64,000 nt of DNA from Podarcis pityusensis (lineage: Eukaryota), in assembly GCA_964106645.2 (NCBI GenBank), contig OZ067038.1; one strand, given 5' to 3'. The position numbers and the translations under genes are program-made. Shown here one piece after another: positions 12,373 through 24,499 of this stretch; position 1 is the stretch's first letter; the number at the start of each line of letters is the position of its first letter. Under the pieces are notes generated by a model, which did not search any database, was not told where the DNA came from, and saw nothing but the letters and a program-made list of their open reading frames with translations.

Positions 12373-13915
12373 ATTTAGTTCTTCATTTTCCCTGCTGTGT
12401 TTTAGAATCTGAAGAGGGGAGGAAATGATGAGCACAGTAAACAAGGACTGGGCATGGGGGGGGGGACAGAAAAGTCTTGCCACTTCTGGGCTGTTACCAT
12501 GGCTTTCGGGGGTGAGGGCCTCTCCCTGCTTAGTCTGTTCACAATTCACAGGCTTTGCTGTCAGTCCCAGACACTTGGATAGTGTGCAAGGAATCTAGCT
12601 TAGCTTTGAAAATATAAAGGAAGGTTCCCCCCTCCCTATTCTATAGTATACACCATGTAATCACCACAGTATGTTTTTACATGCCTAAAAAATTAAATGT
12701 TTGCATTTAGACTGAATATTTCAGGTAAACGAGACTACTAATAATTCCAAATCACATGCATGGTTGCCCTATTTAAGTTTGTTTTAAGGTGTGTGTTAAC
12801 TGTGTGTGTGTTTGTGTATGTGTGTGTATATTTTTCTAATATTTTCCTGAAAGTGTGTGTATACGAAATTCCAGATGGGATTGGTTTATTCGGTTATAGA
12901 AAGCTCAACATTCAGTGGGAAGCACAGAAAAAAAAGAGTTTATGATCAAAGCAAAAGGATCTAAGTGTTCGTTTTTAGGAAGGTTTTGAATTCAAAATAT
13001 TTTGGATTTCTATTTCCAAAACTAGTTCCACTGAAAAACATTGGTGCCATTCTTTACAGAGCAAGTGAAACACAGACAGCAGTAGGGAAAAAGTTAATTG
13101 TAGCATAAATATATGACTTCTAGTTTTAAATATTTAGCTTAACTAGTACTTTGTGCGAGAGTGCTAAAAGGTATAAAACAGTTGCATCTCTTGTAGGAAA
13201 AACAGGTTGCCACAACTGCCTCTATAAAATACTTTTCTGCTTTTGTTGGGCAAGCTAAATGACTGATGTCTTTCCATGTCTTCAACTTTCTCTCACTACA
13301 GTCCCTATTGTTGTACACTCATGTGCTCATGCATCAACTAATTCATTCAAACAATATAACAGGACAGGGACTATCTCCAAAAGAGTTTCCAGATGGGAAA
13401 AGAATGATAATTTAGTTCACAGTATTTGCAAATAAAAACAAATCTAAGATGTTTTATGTCTTTCCCTCTTCTGCTTTCTTTTATGCACAGACAGGAACAC
13501 AGACAAATCTTAACTCTAATCAAGCAGTTGCTCCTACCTGCTGGGAAGATAGAGAGATGTTATTGTTATGACTTTGTTAATTACTTGGGAGGTGTCAGAC
13601 ACTGTGGTGAGGAGCAGCAGTATAATCAGAACTTGGATAGACATCCAGGAATAGATAGCCAGAGGGAGCACTGGATCACTGCTGATTCAACAGAAACACT
13701 CAATCTTCATTTATATTGTTTTGGATTGGATTTACCACTGATGCAGCTACAATGGAGATACAGCACAGACACTTTTTCTCAGTAGATCTCCTTAGAACTC
13801 TAGAGAGATGTTCCCAGAGTCTTTGGAGCCAAGTACCCAATCTACAACAAGGGCAGGGATGTAGCTAGTAACTTTGATGTGTGTCTTGGTAACTTCCAGC
13901 TTTTAGCCTTTAAAG

Positions 13916-14460
13916 AGGGTTAGGAACCAGACATCCATGTTTCCTGGGGACAGTCACCGGATTTACAAATCTGTCCCCGGACAAAATCCATCCCCAGAAT
14001 GTCCCCGGATTTCAATTAATGTCCCTGGATTTATATTTTAAGTGTTGTAGATTTATTATTAGGGAATGAATGTTGCGTGATTGGTTCAATGGCACAAGAC
14101 ACATCATATGGGGACTTCCAGCGAGGCAAAATGGCAGGTGCCATGGCAGTGAGCAGCTCCTGAAGCTAGCCAGAGCCAACTGCACTACTAGGCTGGCTCC
14201 GGGCTGCTGAGACTGCAGCCACCGCCACTGCTGAGAGGGAACTGGGGGCATCCGGCGCGTCAACTGGGGGAACTGCTGACCCCCCCACAACCCAAATCGA
14301 GCCGGGAGCGAGAGCACCTGGCCACCTGGCCGACTGCCCAGCAGCGCTCCGAGGCCAGGAAACACTGGAGCTGACACAGGGAGGAGGAGGAGGAGAGGAG
14401 GAGGAGAAGGAAGAGAGAGAAAGAGGAAGGAGAAAAAAGAGGGGAGCCCCAACCTTGCCG
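13916..14460 (+). mobile_element. Probable hAT-type transposon left end with a GC-rich internal segment
   Basis: Terminus resembles TAGGGTGACCAGACGTCC, followed by repeated GTCCCCGGA subterminal motifs, a GC/CpG-rich stretch and a GGA-rich tract. No right TIR found. Confidence 0.45.
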
Positions 14461-14741
14461 TTACTTCACATGGCACATAGTTACACTATGGAATTTAGTC
14501 CCAGTAAGATGTAGTAATGGCCATCAACTTAGGATGGCTTTAAAAGAGGATTAGACAAATTCATGAATTACTAGCCATGATGACCATGTACTGCCTTCAC
14601 TGTCAGAGGCGGTATGTGCCTGAATACCTGCTGGGAATCACAAGTGAGGAGAGTGCTGTTATACTCAGGATGTTGAACTAGATTGGCCTTTCCCTTGATT
14701 CAGTATGGTTCAGAACCACTGGTGCTTCATATATTCTTATG
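14461..14741 (+). mobile_element. CR1 LINE 3' end
   Basis: GATGTAGTAATGGCC..GGCTTTAAAAGAGGATTAGACAAATTCATG (typical CR1 ORF2 end) and a TTCTTATG tail unit. Confidence 0.75.
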
Positions 14742-16446
14742 ATGTTGATTTTAGTGTAAGATTTCACTAAAATGCATTATTTTCCTTCCACTTTCAGTTA
14801 AATCTTACATATTGCTTACTGGAATATTTTAATTTTGTGATCTTCCTGTTTCTCATTTTAAGGCTATAAACTCTTCTCACATTATTTAACTTTTACTTGT
14901 CTGACCACATTTCTATTTAATTTGCTCTTTATTGGCTTGCTTTCCATTTTGCATTAAACATGAATAATGCTTCATGAAATGTTGACTGAATTTGATAAAA
15001 AACATTCATATTAATGTTATATTCTGTAAGAGGCCTCTCTGATTTCTGAGAAGCAACCATAGGTTACTTACAGACTAAAAAAGAGCAACTATATCAGGAT
15101 CTAGGATTAACATACAAGTATGAAGGTAAGATTTGGAATTGTCATTTTAGATTTATGTCAAAAATTGTGTTTGCATGATCCATCTATCCAAAGTTACACT
15201 TACAAGAGTAATGTATACTTAAATCAGTATCAGTATTATTTACCTTTGTTCACTAAATCTAAACATCATACATTATTGCACATTATGTTGTAATGGTAAT
15301 TACTCTGGTGTTCATGCTTACCTATAACTCTATAACCTATTTTTTAAAATTCTTTTATTTAACTGTTATATTAACACGCAACCAAACTTGTCTGTGCAAC
15401 TATGCTTGTAATATTTTTTTTTAAATGTAAAAAATCAATAAAAATAATTTCAAACGAAACACAAAAGCAAGATAAATATGTAACTGGGTGAAAGAAATGG
15501 AAGCTAAGGCTTTTAAATGGCTACAAGAGCCCCATGATATTTGAAGCCACAGATTTCTGAACACTTTTCAACACATTCAGTCATGGTTTGGGATCAAATG
15601 TAACAGCTAGTTCTCATTAGATGTCTTAATTTGTTTGCTGAAACTGCAATTTATCATTTGGTAACCACAAGTAAGTACATGTTTCATTTGCACATTAGAT
15701 CTGGTGCAAAAGAAATGTGAGTAATGCAGTTTAATAGACCAATTCAGACTTATGATTCCAAACTGCTACATCAAGAAACTAAATTTGTCACAAAATCTGA
15801 TAACCACTAAACAGAGATAGTAAACCAAAATAAATTATTTGCCTCTAAACAACCATTGAAAGCTGCCTACAACTCTCGGTTAGACCCTACCAGGGCGGCA
15901 GAGCTTTTCAACCTATAGGCCTGTCAAAGGTTAGCATATATAGAACTGCTGTTTATTGTAATTGGAGGCAGCCGTTCATTTATCTTAAGGAAGGTTCTTT
16001 CCAATCGTATGATCAGAGATTTTTTAACTGCAGATGCCAGCAACTGAGCCAAGATCTGACACATGCAAAATAAGTGCTCCACCAATGAGCTATGGTCTCA
16101 CTTCACAAGCCCTCACAGACAGGTTACATGAATAAAAACTGTCTTATGATGAGTCAGACCACAGGTCCTTCAAATCCACTCTTGCTTACCCTGACTGGCA
16201 ACAATTCCCTAAGCCTCAATTGCGGTCTGAAATCCTTTAACGGCCAGGTATTGAACATGGAGTCTTTTGCATGCCAGTCATGTACTTCAACATTCAGCTG
16301 TGGGTTGTCCCTACTGTACAAGGAAAGTTGTAGAAATATCAATGATCGTGATGCACAGTAGCAGTTGGAGAGTTAGTGTCACTTTTGACAACAAATATTC
16401 TCGCCCCCCCTTTTTTTTAGCTGATGGGGCAAGAATTTGATTTGCA

Positions 16447-17596
16447 GGGGGCCACCAGGGGGCGCATTGGAAGATGGCCGACAATAACATCTCTCCGACC
16501 CACACGAGGTAATTAAGAGGCTGCTATGGGAAGTATGCAGCCTTCCCGCCCCCCCAAGGGGATGGGGGGGGACTGCCTTGCCAGCGGTGTCCATAATTCA
16601 CCCCCGGATTCGAAAGAAGGGGGTGTGGACACTTGGCACAAGCCCTTGTGTGAAGTCGGCTCTTCCTGACGCTGTCTCCAATTAGCACACTGGTTGCTTT
16701 GGCTCGAAATATATAATTGGAAATACATAATTGGAAAGAAGCTAAAGCACATACATCAAGCGAGGATTGGGAGTTAAGACTGCTGATTAATGGATCTCTG
16801 TGGGCGGAGCGAAGGGCGGGACAAATAAATCAAGTGATGAATCACCATTAAAAGACTGGTACGTTTGGAGTGAAACGGAAAGGGGGTGGAGGAAAAAACT
16901 TTTCTTTCTTTTTGCCCTATGTGATATTAATAACCCTCCACCCCAGAAAGAAGAATCGTTGCAACTTATTAATCACAAGCAGGAATTTAAGAACTGTGTG
17001 GAGTGAATTATTGATCAAGGAGAGGATTGGTAAACATCGGAGAACGGAGGAAAGTTTTATGACGCAGTTTCAAATGGAGTCTCGCCAAGACAGGCTTGCC
17101 TAAGAAGGACGGGGGGAGGAGGACCAGGGTCATCAGAATGCGAATGATTTTCGGAATGTGATCTAGACCTGGCAGAGCCCTCTGAGATATGTTTGGCAAG
17201 CCTGGGGAAATCAACGGACAGACTGAGGGAAAGTTTTTTACGGAGGTCTGGAAATGGCGTCTGTCCTTATGTGATATAATTTTTGGAGAGTGTAAAACCC
17301 ACACAGAGGATGTTTGTTTTTAAACCGCTTGTGAAGATTATCAGAGATCGCAAAGAAAGGAATATATGATAACAACAAGAAGATGAGAAAAGTAACAAAG
17401 AGACTATCTGGACAGAACTAGATAGAACTGTCTAATTAAATCAGTAATATAAGTGATGTTTGGACCCCTTTTCGGAGCTTGAAGTATGGGTACCCCCAAC
17501 AAAAATTTAAAAATCTGGCTGTATAATTTGGAACTAATGTGATTTGGAAATAATGTGATTTGATTGGCCTGTTAATAAAAATTATATTTAAAAAAA
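16447..17596 (+). mobile_element. Full-length non-autonomous (ORF-less) L1-type retroelement, 1150 bp
   Basis: Perfect 16-bp TSD AAGAATTTGATTTGCA (16431-16446 and 17597-17612). Starts with a G-run and AAGATGGCCG (L1 5' YY1 motif). AATAAA at 17574-17579 followed by a short poly(A). CpG-rich, with no ORF of 100 aa or more. Confidence 0.85.
16452..16480 (+). promoter_or_regulatory. CTCF consensus motif and YY1 motif at the retroelement 5' end
   Basis: CCACCAGGGGGCGC (16452-16465) matches CCASYAGRKGGCRS at 14/14. AAGATGGC at 16471-16478. GC boxes GGGCGG at 16802 and 16814. Confidence 0.65.
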
Positions 17597-18483
17597 AAGA
17601 ATTTGATTTGCAAGTTGAAGATGATTTTGGATCACCAACTGCAGTTGAATCAGCTCACATCTTGACTAAAATTGCAAGCAATGTTACGTGAGTCTTCTAA
17701 CACAAACACATACCCATTCACTTATTATAAGTGAAGTACAAACATCTGCAAAATGTTAAAAAAAACTTTTAAAAAGGAGAGGGAAAGCTCTTTTCAGAGA
17801 TTCATCTGGCAGCTGGCCCACACAAAATACCACTGCTAGTAACAGAGCTGCCTATTCTCCTTGTAAAGACTTCTAATTTGCATATTTAAATAAGTGCATG
17901 ATTGCAATTGTCCATTGCCTATCACTGAGGTTACCTAGCCAATGCTAAAACAAGGCTCATATTATCCTCCTCATTCTGAGCATACATATTGCAACCCTGT
18001 TGTTACATTCCATTTGTATCCAACTCTTTCTTCTTTGAATCTTAGTTATCACCACCTCATCGAATAGATTAAGAGGTAGCAATTGAGGGAGGGCTAGTGA
18101 TTACTCACATCATTATGTATTTCAAAGTGTGCAAAATCTGGATCAGCAATATTATTTGGAAGTATCCTTTGGCATTTGTAGAAAAAGGGCCACGTTATAA
18201 GGTTCTTGACATTTGTCTCTTCCTTGTAACTGCTGTTTTATTATTATACAGCACTAGTCTGGTTATAAACATCAGAGTATTAATAAAGGAAAATAACACA
18301 TGCAAGGTTTACAAACATTATATCTATGTTATACACTTCCTAGCAGTCCTTATTTGAGTTGCCTATTACAGTGAAAGTTTGGGGAACAAAGATCAGCCAT
18401 TATAAATTTGTGCCTAAATGCACTAAGTAAGACGGCTCGTTCCTGCAACATATTGAATACTAGAGCTCAGTTCTAGATGAAGT

Positions 18484-18485
<2 letters not shown>

Positions 18486-18514
<29 letters not shown>

Positions 18515-18620
18515 AAATTTGCATACCACCCTTCACTCAAAGATCACAGGCCAATTCATCACATAAAAATTAAAAATGAGAACACAAAATATATAATAAA
18601 AATAGAAACAAACCAATGGA
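18486..18620 (-). mobile_element. LINE/SINE 3' tail remnant with (ATT)n
   Basis: (TAT)n followed by ATTTGCATACCACCCTTC..GATCACAGG, the reverse of a typical squamate LINE 3' end. Confidence 0.45.
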
Positions 18621-20073
18621 TCCCCCTTTTTTTAAGATCTGGGGAATGTTTTTGCGACAAGCAAGGGCAAACTTTACTTTTATTTTTAATACAGCTGTTT
18701 TGTGCAAGAGAGGTTCTGTGCAAATGAGCTGTTTTAAAAATAAAAATACAAAAGCATGCCTTCAGCAACAACCAATGGGAAAAGGCAGGGTACATCCTTT
18801 CCTTGCAGCTGATGGAAACAAAACAGAAGCAGGGTGTGTGGTGAAAACAGCAGCTAGTGAAATGTCACCACAGATGTAAAAAAAGCTCACCCACACAATG
18901 TGCTTCAGTGTGTCCACAGTTGGGTAACATGCAATTTTATATTGGATTTTCTTCCCTTATCCAATTATCCCTGGATTGGGGGAATCCACAGTTGGCAGGG
19001 CTGGTGGTAAAGTGCTGGCTGCCACTTGAACGAAGACATTGTGTGGACACCACAAAAAGCAACAACAGACACACAAGCAGCTTTAAGTCCATATTAAACT
19101 CCAGTGTGGATGAGCCCTGACATAAGTATAGTTTTTACAATAAAACATAATAATCCTATTTCCCATCCAACCTCTATAAATGCATGACTTTAAAAGAAAG
19201 TTAATACTTCCTATAAATAATATCAACAAAATTCATTTAATGTGAATCAACAGAACTTTGTTCAGAGGAAGTATGTTTAAGGTGGAAAATGGGAGCATTA
19301 AAACAAGTAAATTCAATTTTGTGTGTGTGTTTGAATTTTAGAGACATAAAATATTTTACCTTTTGTTTTTTTGCAGCTGAGCATTGGGGGAAATGACATA
19401 AACATATTGTACAGTGAGGAGCAGGGGTGCTCAAATGAACATTCTGCCTACAGGCCTCTCAGTCTTAAAAAGACCCTTAGCCCTTACATCATCCACCTGT
19501 TTTGTCCTCAGATTTCCCTCAGCACATGTGTGGGTGTGTGTGCGTGCATCCTCAACAGCTACTATTGAGAACAATAGATCTTTATTTGCTATATACAGTT
19601 TTCAAAATTAGACACTGTTAAACTTTTAAATATATTCTTAAAGTTTTAAAATATGCTTTATTTTATTTTTAAATGTATTGTTTTTGCTACTTTGTTGTGT
19701 GCTGCTCTAGGCTCAATTGGCAGGAAGGGTGCAATAGAAATTTAACAAATAATAATGCTGAAATAATACATGCAAACTACATCAAAATGCAGTTTATAGA
19801 AGACTGGTTTCATACATCAGTGAGGGTTTTGTGTGTGCTAACTTTCCCCCCACCATCACAAAAGTGAAACAGCTTTCATGCAAATGACACTTGGGAAGTC
19901 ATTAGTATAACGGAAATCATCTAATTTTGCAAACAGAAAATCAAAGCATGTGATAATATTCTGTCTGTAACTGCCACAGAACAGGGGCAGTCCAGGAACT
20001 ACTTGCTGTAAGCAGACAGTATCATTAAGCTGATCAGAGGTGCCATTCCTTGGCACACAAGTGTATAACAGAT

Positions 20074-20160
20074 TCATAGAATCATAGAATTGTAGAGTTG
20101 GAAGGGACCATGAGGGCCATCTAGTCCAACCTCCTGCAATGCAAGGTTTTTTTGCCCAAC
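20074..20160 (-). mobile_element. CR1 3' end
   Basis: CATAGAATCATAGAATTGTAGAGTTGGAAGGGACC..CATCTAGTCCAACC is the reverse complement of the CR1 terminal hairpin and (TTCTATGA)n tail. Confidence 0.8.
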
Positions 20161-20585
20161 GTGGGGCTAAAACCCACGATCTGGAGGATAAGAATCTCAT
20201 GCTCTTCTGTCTCAAAATGCTCCATAAATCAAGTATGATACCACAGCTGCAAGAGCTGTTTGTTGCAAAAAAGGGAAGCATTAGTCCTCTCTGCATTCTA
20301 AGAAGGCCAAGTGACAATACCAGAGCTGTACTCTAGGTTCAAAACAAACCAAAAACCAGAATACATTTCAGGGGCAAATGGAATAATCTATCTCTGAAGC
20401 GAAACTACGGAGTTCATGAAAGGCGGGAAAGCTCTGGATAATAGCAGAGAGGAGAATAGTTGGCACTAAAGAGAGGTTATACTGCATTGTCAATTTTAAA
20501 TAAATAATTGGAGCAAACTCCCTCCAGTCTAGTAGGACCTTTAAAGACTCTACTTTAAGGAGAATGATTCCATCACATTAAAAAT

Positions 20586-20837
20586 TTAGCACTACAGTGG
20601 CTAACAGGTTAAGTTAAAACTGAAAAGCCCCTGGCTCAAAATGTCACCTCTGCCATAAGCCCCATGTGTGGCTTTAGATAAGCAATTATATGTGAATCTC
20701 AACTTGCCCCCCCCCCACCTCCACCCTTAGCTGCTAGACTGGGATAATATTAGTGACCTGCCTTACATATTTGTTGTATTGGTTTACAGAGAAAATGCAC
20801 ATGATGTTATTTGAAAACTAAAGTGCTATATAAATGT
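20586..20837 (+). mobile_element. MIR/CORE-type SINE, old
   Basis: Degenerate B box, CORE-like TGTGTGGCTTTAGATAAGC and GGGATAATATTAGTGACCTGCCTTACA..TTGTTGT, and 3' end AAAGTGCTATATAAATG. Confidence 0.55.
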
Positions 20838-21023
20838 GGAGCACCATTTCATTTCTAATCTGCAATTTGGTGTTTTATTCCTTTTAAGACGGCAACACAA
20901 AATACACAAGGTATCATTCTTGTGTGCCTAGTTCATTAGATTGGGCTAGTCTTCCTGAGTTGTATCATGTTATAATTCTCTTCAAAAATATCTAATCAGA
21001 ATAAAGTGTTTGATTCCTTAGCA

Positions 21024-21159
21024 CAGGCATAGGCATACTCGGCCCTCCAGATGTTTTTGGCCTACAACTCCCATGAGCCCTAGCTAACAGGACCAGTGGT
21101 CAGGGATGATGGGAATTGTAGTCACACAACATCTGGAGGACCGAGTTTGCCTATGCCTG
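21024..21159. mobile_element. hAT-type palindromic MITE (same family as 6676, opposite orientation)
   Basis: CAGGCATAGGCA..TGCCTATGCCTG with a perfect 8-bp TSD CCTTAGCA. Confidence 0.92.
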
Positions 21160-21305
21160 CCTTAGCACTGCAGGCATGTTTGACATGTAGATGTGATCTA
21201 CATGCACTTCTGTAGTTCCTGCTCTCTGCCTAGCCAGTCCCCTAGGCACCAACACACATGTGAGACTCATTTTCTTGACGCCTTGTGCTTGATGTCATTC
21301 TATAC

Positions 21306-21441
21306 CAGGCTTCCTCAACCCCGGCCCTCCAGATGTTTTGAGACTACAATTCCCACCATCCCTGACCACTGGTCCTGATAGCTAGGGATCATGAGAGTTG
21401 TAGGCCAAAAACATGTGGTGGCCTGAGGTGGAGGAAGCCTG
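21306..21441. mobile_element. hAT-type palindromic MITE, variant TIR
   Basis: CAGGCTTCCTC..GAGGAAGCCTG with a perfect 8-bp TSD TTCTATAC and the same internal core as 6676. Confidence 0.9.
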
Positions 21442-23585
21442 TTCTATACAAACCCAGAATGGGACTCCCTCCATAGCAACAGAATGCTGGTTAGGCAGGG
21501 TTCCTGTCCTGCTGAAGAAGCCCTATGCATGTGTATTCCACATGTACTTGCACAGAACCCTTCAAAGTGATGCTGAACGTGCAATCTTATAAGAACCTGA
21601 GTGATGTCGTCATCCAGATTAGCGTCCACATTTTCACTGCCCCACTTCATGCATTAAGTACCCACAGAGTACTTGAGGCATACTTATGGTAGGGATTGTG
21701 TCAGCAATCCCCTCTCACTCATCGATGTGAGTGCCCAGGGGTGTCCCTTTTAATCTGGCAAATGCTGTATGCTAAGGAAGTGGCCGAGGCCTGCACTTCC
21801 ATATTGGCCTTTGCAGAATAATGTGGTTTCCCTGAAGTTTTTGCCTGTTGTATTTATAATAGACTTTCATCCAAGCTTGCTTTGTTGGTAACTTTTACAC
21901 TGCTGGGTAACAGTTCTGAGGTGGTAACAAACAGCTTCAGTGCTTGTGTCAGGAGAAATAAAACTGTTATTATTTAAAAAACTTCAAAGGCCACACATGA
22001 ACTCCACAGCTCTGCAGAGTTGTCGTGAATAAAAAACAACAACCAGGCTGTAGAACACCAGGCTGCCCCCTCAACAATAAGCTGTCTTCTCTCCAACTTA
22101 CTTTTGGATTCCTGCCAGTTGCCCATTTGCTTTACACCATCAATTTATATTCACTGAGATGGTGTAAGGTTCTAGAACAGAAATTATTATCAAATTTGCC
22201 TGCCAAACATATGAGCAGCAAAAGCTGGTCTTTCAGAGGCCTTTGTGCACAATCCAAGGACCCAATTCTGTAAATACTTTCTGCTATGTATTCAGTACTT
22301 TTAAAGACTCAGTAAAGTCAAAGGTACTACACCTGCTAGTAAAAAACTAAAAGCAAAGTGAGATTATGATGTTCTTACCTTCATCATTTTAAGTTGTTCC
22401 ACTAGCACTTTTTTTTTTTTAAAGAAAACTCCAGATGGGTAAAAATGCAACAGAATTAGTTAGCATTTGGGGCATTATCCTTTTATTTTATTTTTGTACA
22501 CTAACTGTTTGTCAACATTTATTATCAGTTACAAAATGTGCTATTGTTTTAACAAGTTGCACACTAGAAGAGGTATACTGAGAATACCTCACATGTTTTG
22601 TATGGAGCAATAACCCCTCTGTGTCTGAGGTGAGTCTGAATTCTCTTTTCAAAATGTGGGAAGTCCTGTAAGAATGACAGGTTTCAGTGGAACTATGTGA
22701 TTATACTTTAACAGTGGAGCATTGCTCCACTGAGTTTGAAGGGATTTACTCCTAGATAAGTGAGCATAGGATTTCAGGTTAAGCATGCAGCTTCATCATC
22801 TGAGAGAAGAGATCAGACACATAAATGGCCACAGACAGATCAGAATTTAGCTGGCCATAAGCCAAAACCACTTCCCAAGCCATTTTCCTCCCAGTAGGTT
22901 CTGAGATTAGATATAACCTCCAACACCCGCTACACACACACACACACACACAGGAAGAAAAAACACCTGTGGAGAAGTGGTTTCAAGGGAAAGTGAATGC
23001 AGGAGAATAATTCAGCACCACATTCTATGCTTTAGTTTGTCCCCACACTACTTTAGTGAAATTTTAGCAGGCAGGGTACGCCACCATAAAGTGTAATTAA
23101 AGCACAAGTTGAACATCAGATTGCACTAGAAACAGCAGACTCCAAAACGTAAGTCCACTCCATCCCATTCTCTCTCCTTTTCCAGCCACTTCTGGGTTGC
23201 GGTGATGCACACAAAAAGAGAATTGCCTGTACACAAACAAATCCTTGCAAGATGTGGAGGCTATGCACAGAGTCAAATGTATAACTTGATGTTGTTGTAA
23301 TTTAAATTTGTATGCTGCCCTTTATCCATAGATATCATGGCAGTTTGCAACATCTTATTGTAGATGTGTACAAAGAGCTCTTAGGGAGCAGAATCATTGC
23401 TTTGAGATTTTACTTGGAAAGTTCAGAAATGCAGAGAAGTATGTAGACAAGCCCTTCGGGGACACAGTAGAAAGACAGAGAGGTCTGTTTCGGAAAACAA
23501 GGGTTTTAAGCTAAGTCAGTTCATACTGATGTAGTAGGATACCATTCATGAAAAAGGAATACACCTCTCTGGTGTTGCATCCATA

Positions 23586-23688
23586 GCAGGGGTGAGGAAT
23601 GTGTAACCTGTCAGATGTTGTTGGTCTACAGTTGCTATAATCCCTGCATTGGCTACTCTGGCTAGGGCTGATGAAAGCTGGAATCTAG
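23586..23688 (+). mobile_element. Old, degenerate copy of the hAT MITE family
   Basis: CAGGGGTGAGGAA..CAGATGTTGTTGGTCTACA..TCCCTG..GGCTAGGGCTGATG; no TSD recognisable. Confidence 0.5.
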
Positions 23689-24499
23689 TTCTCTGAGCTA
23701 TAGTCTCTCATGCCAAGGATGAGAGGGGGAATGCAGTCACAATGGGAGTTTGCTACAGAGAGATGTGTTTGCATGTGTGACATACTTATCTAGTGAAAAA
23801 GTTGTGGACAACAGTCACAATCTAGATGGGAAATTAATGTTAATTCATGAGAGGCGTCAGTAGTTTTGTAGCACACCAGTTCCTATAACATCAGTAAATA
23901 TAGTTCTGTAGTCTTGGAAGATAAATTTAGGTTACAATGTTGAAGGAGTGGCTCTTCAGAAATTCTACCCGTTCCATATATAGGGCAAGCTAGACCAGTA
24001 GAGCTAAGGGTTTTTGGTATTTGAATAAGATAGTGGGAAAGAGCTTTAGATTTACTGTACACTGGGCAGCTTTGGGAGAAAGGCTGAGCTATGCAAACAA
24101 GAGAGGCTCCATTTGTGCTACAATGGAACCAAACTGCTGGTTCTTAAAACAGTAGTAGTAGTACTGTAGTAGTAGTAGTAATAAAGTTTGCATAGCAGTT
24201 TTATAATTGACATGTAGAACAAAGTTGATAGTAGAAGTATATGGGTGTGAGATAACCACAGTTAGTGGTTATCTGAGTGTTCTGTGTCCTAAAAGAGAGG
24301 ACAGGATAGACCTCAGTCCAATAGATGTTATTGACATGTGAACCAAAACAGTGGAGGATGAATCAATAGCAAAATCCCCATGAAAAGGACACATAAAGAA
24401 GAACTATATAGATAGAGAGGAGTGTGTGTGAGTGCTCGCATGCTATTGCTGGAGGTCTTAAAGCAAGATGGGTGAGTTCCAAAACCTACTATCAGAACA

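Noticed and set aside
14012-14476. 154-aa minus-strand ORF
   Set aside because: A by-product of a GC-rich, low-complexity (CT-rich) stretch in a probable transposon; no protein family features.
16447-16700. Hammerhead or HDV-like ribozyme in the retroelement leader
   Set aside because: No CUGANGA core, and I could not thread the HDV nested double pseudoknot by eye. Kept only as generic structure.
16800-17304. Short ORFs (68-98 aa) inside the 1.15-kb element as an ORF1/HAL1 remnant
   Set aside because: No coiled-coil, RRM, endonuclease or RT motifs recognisable.
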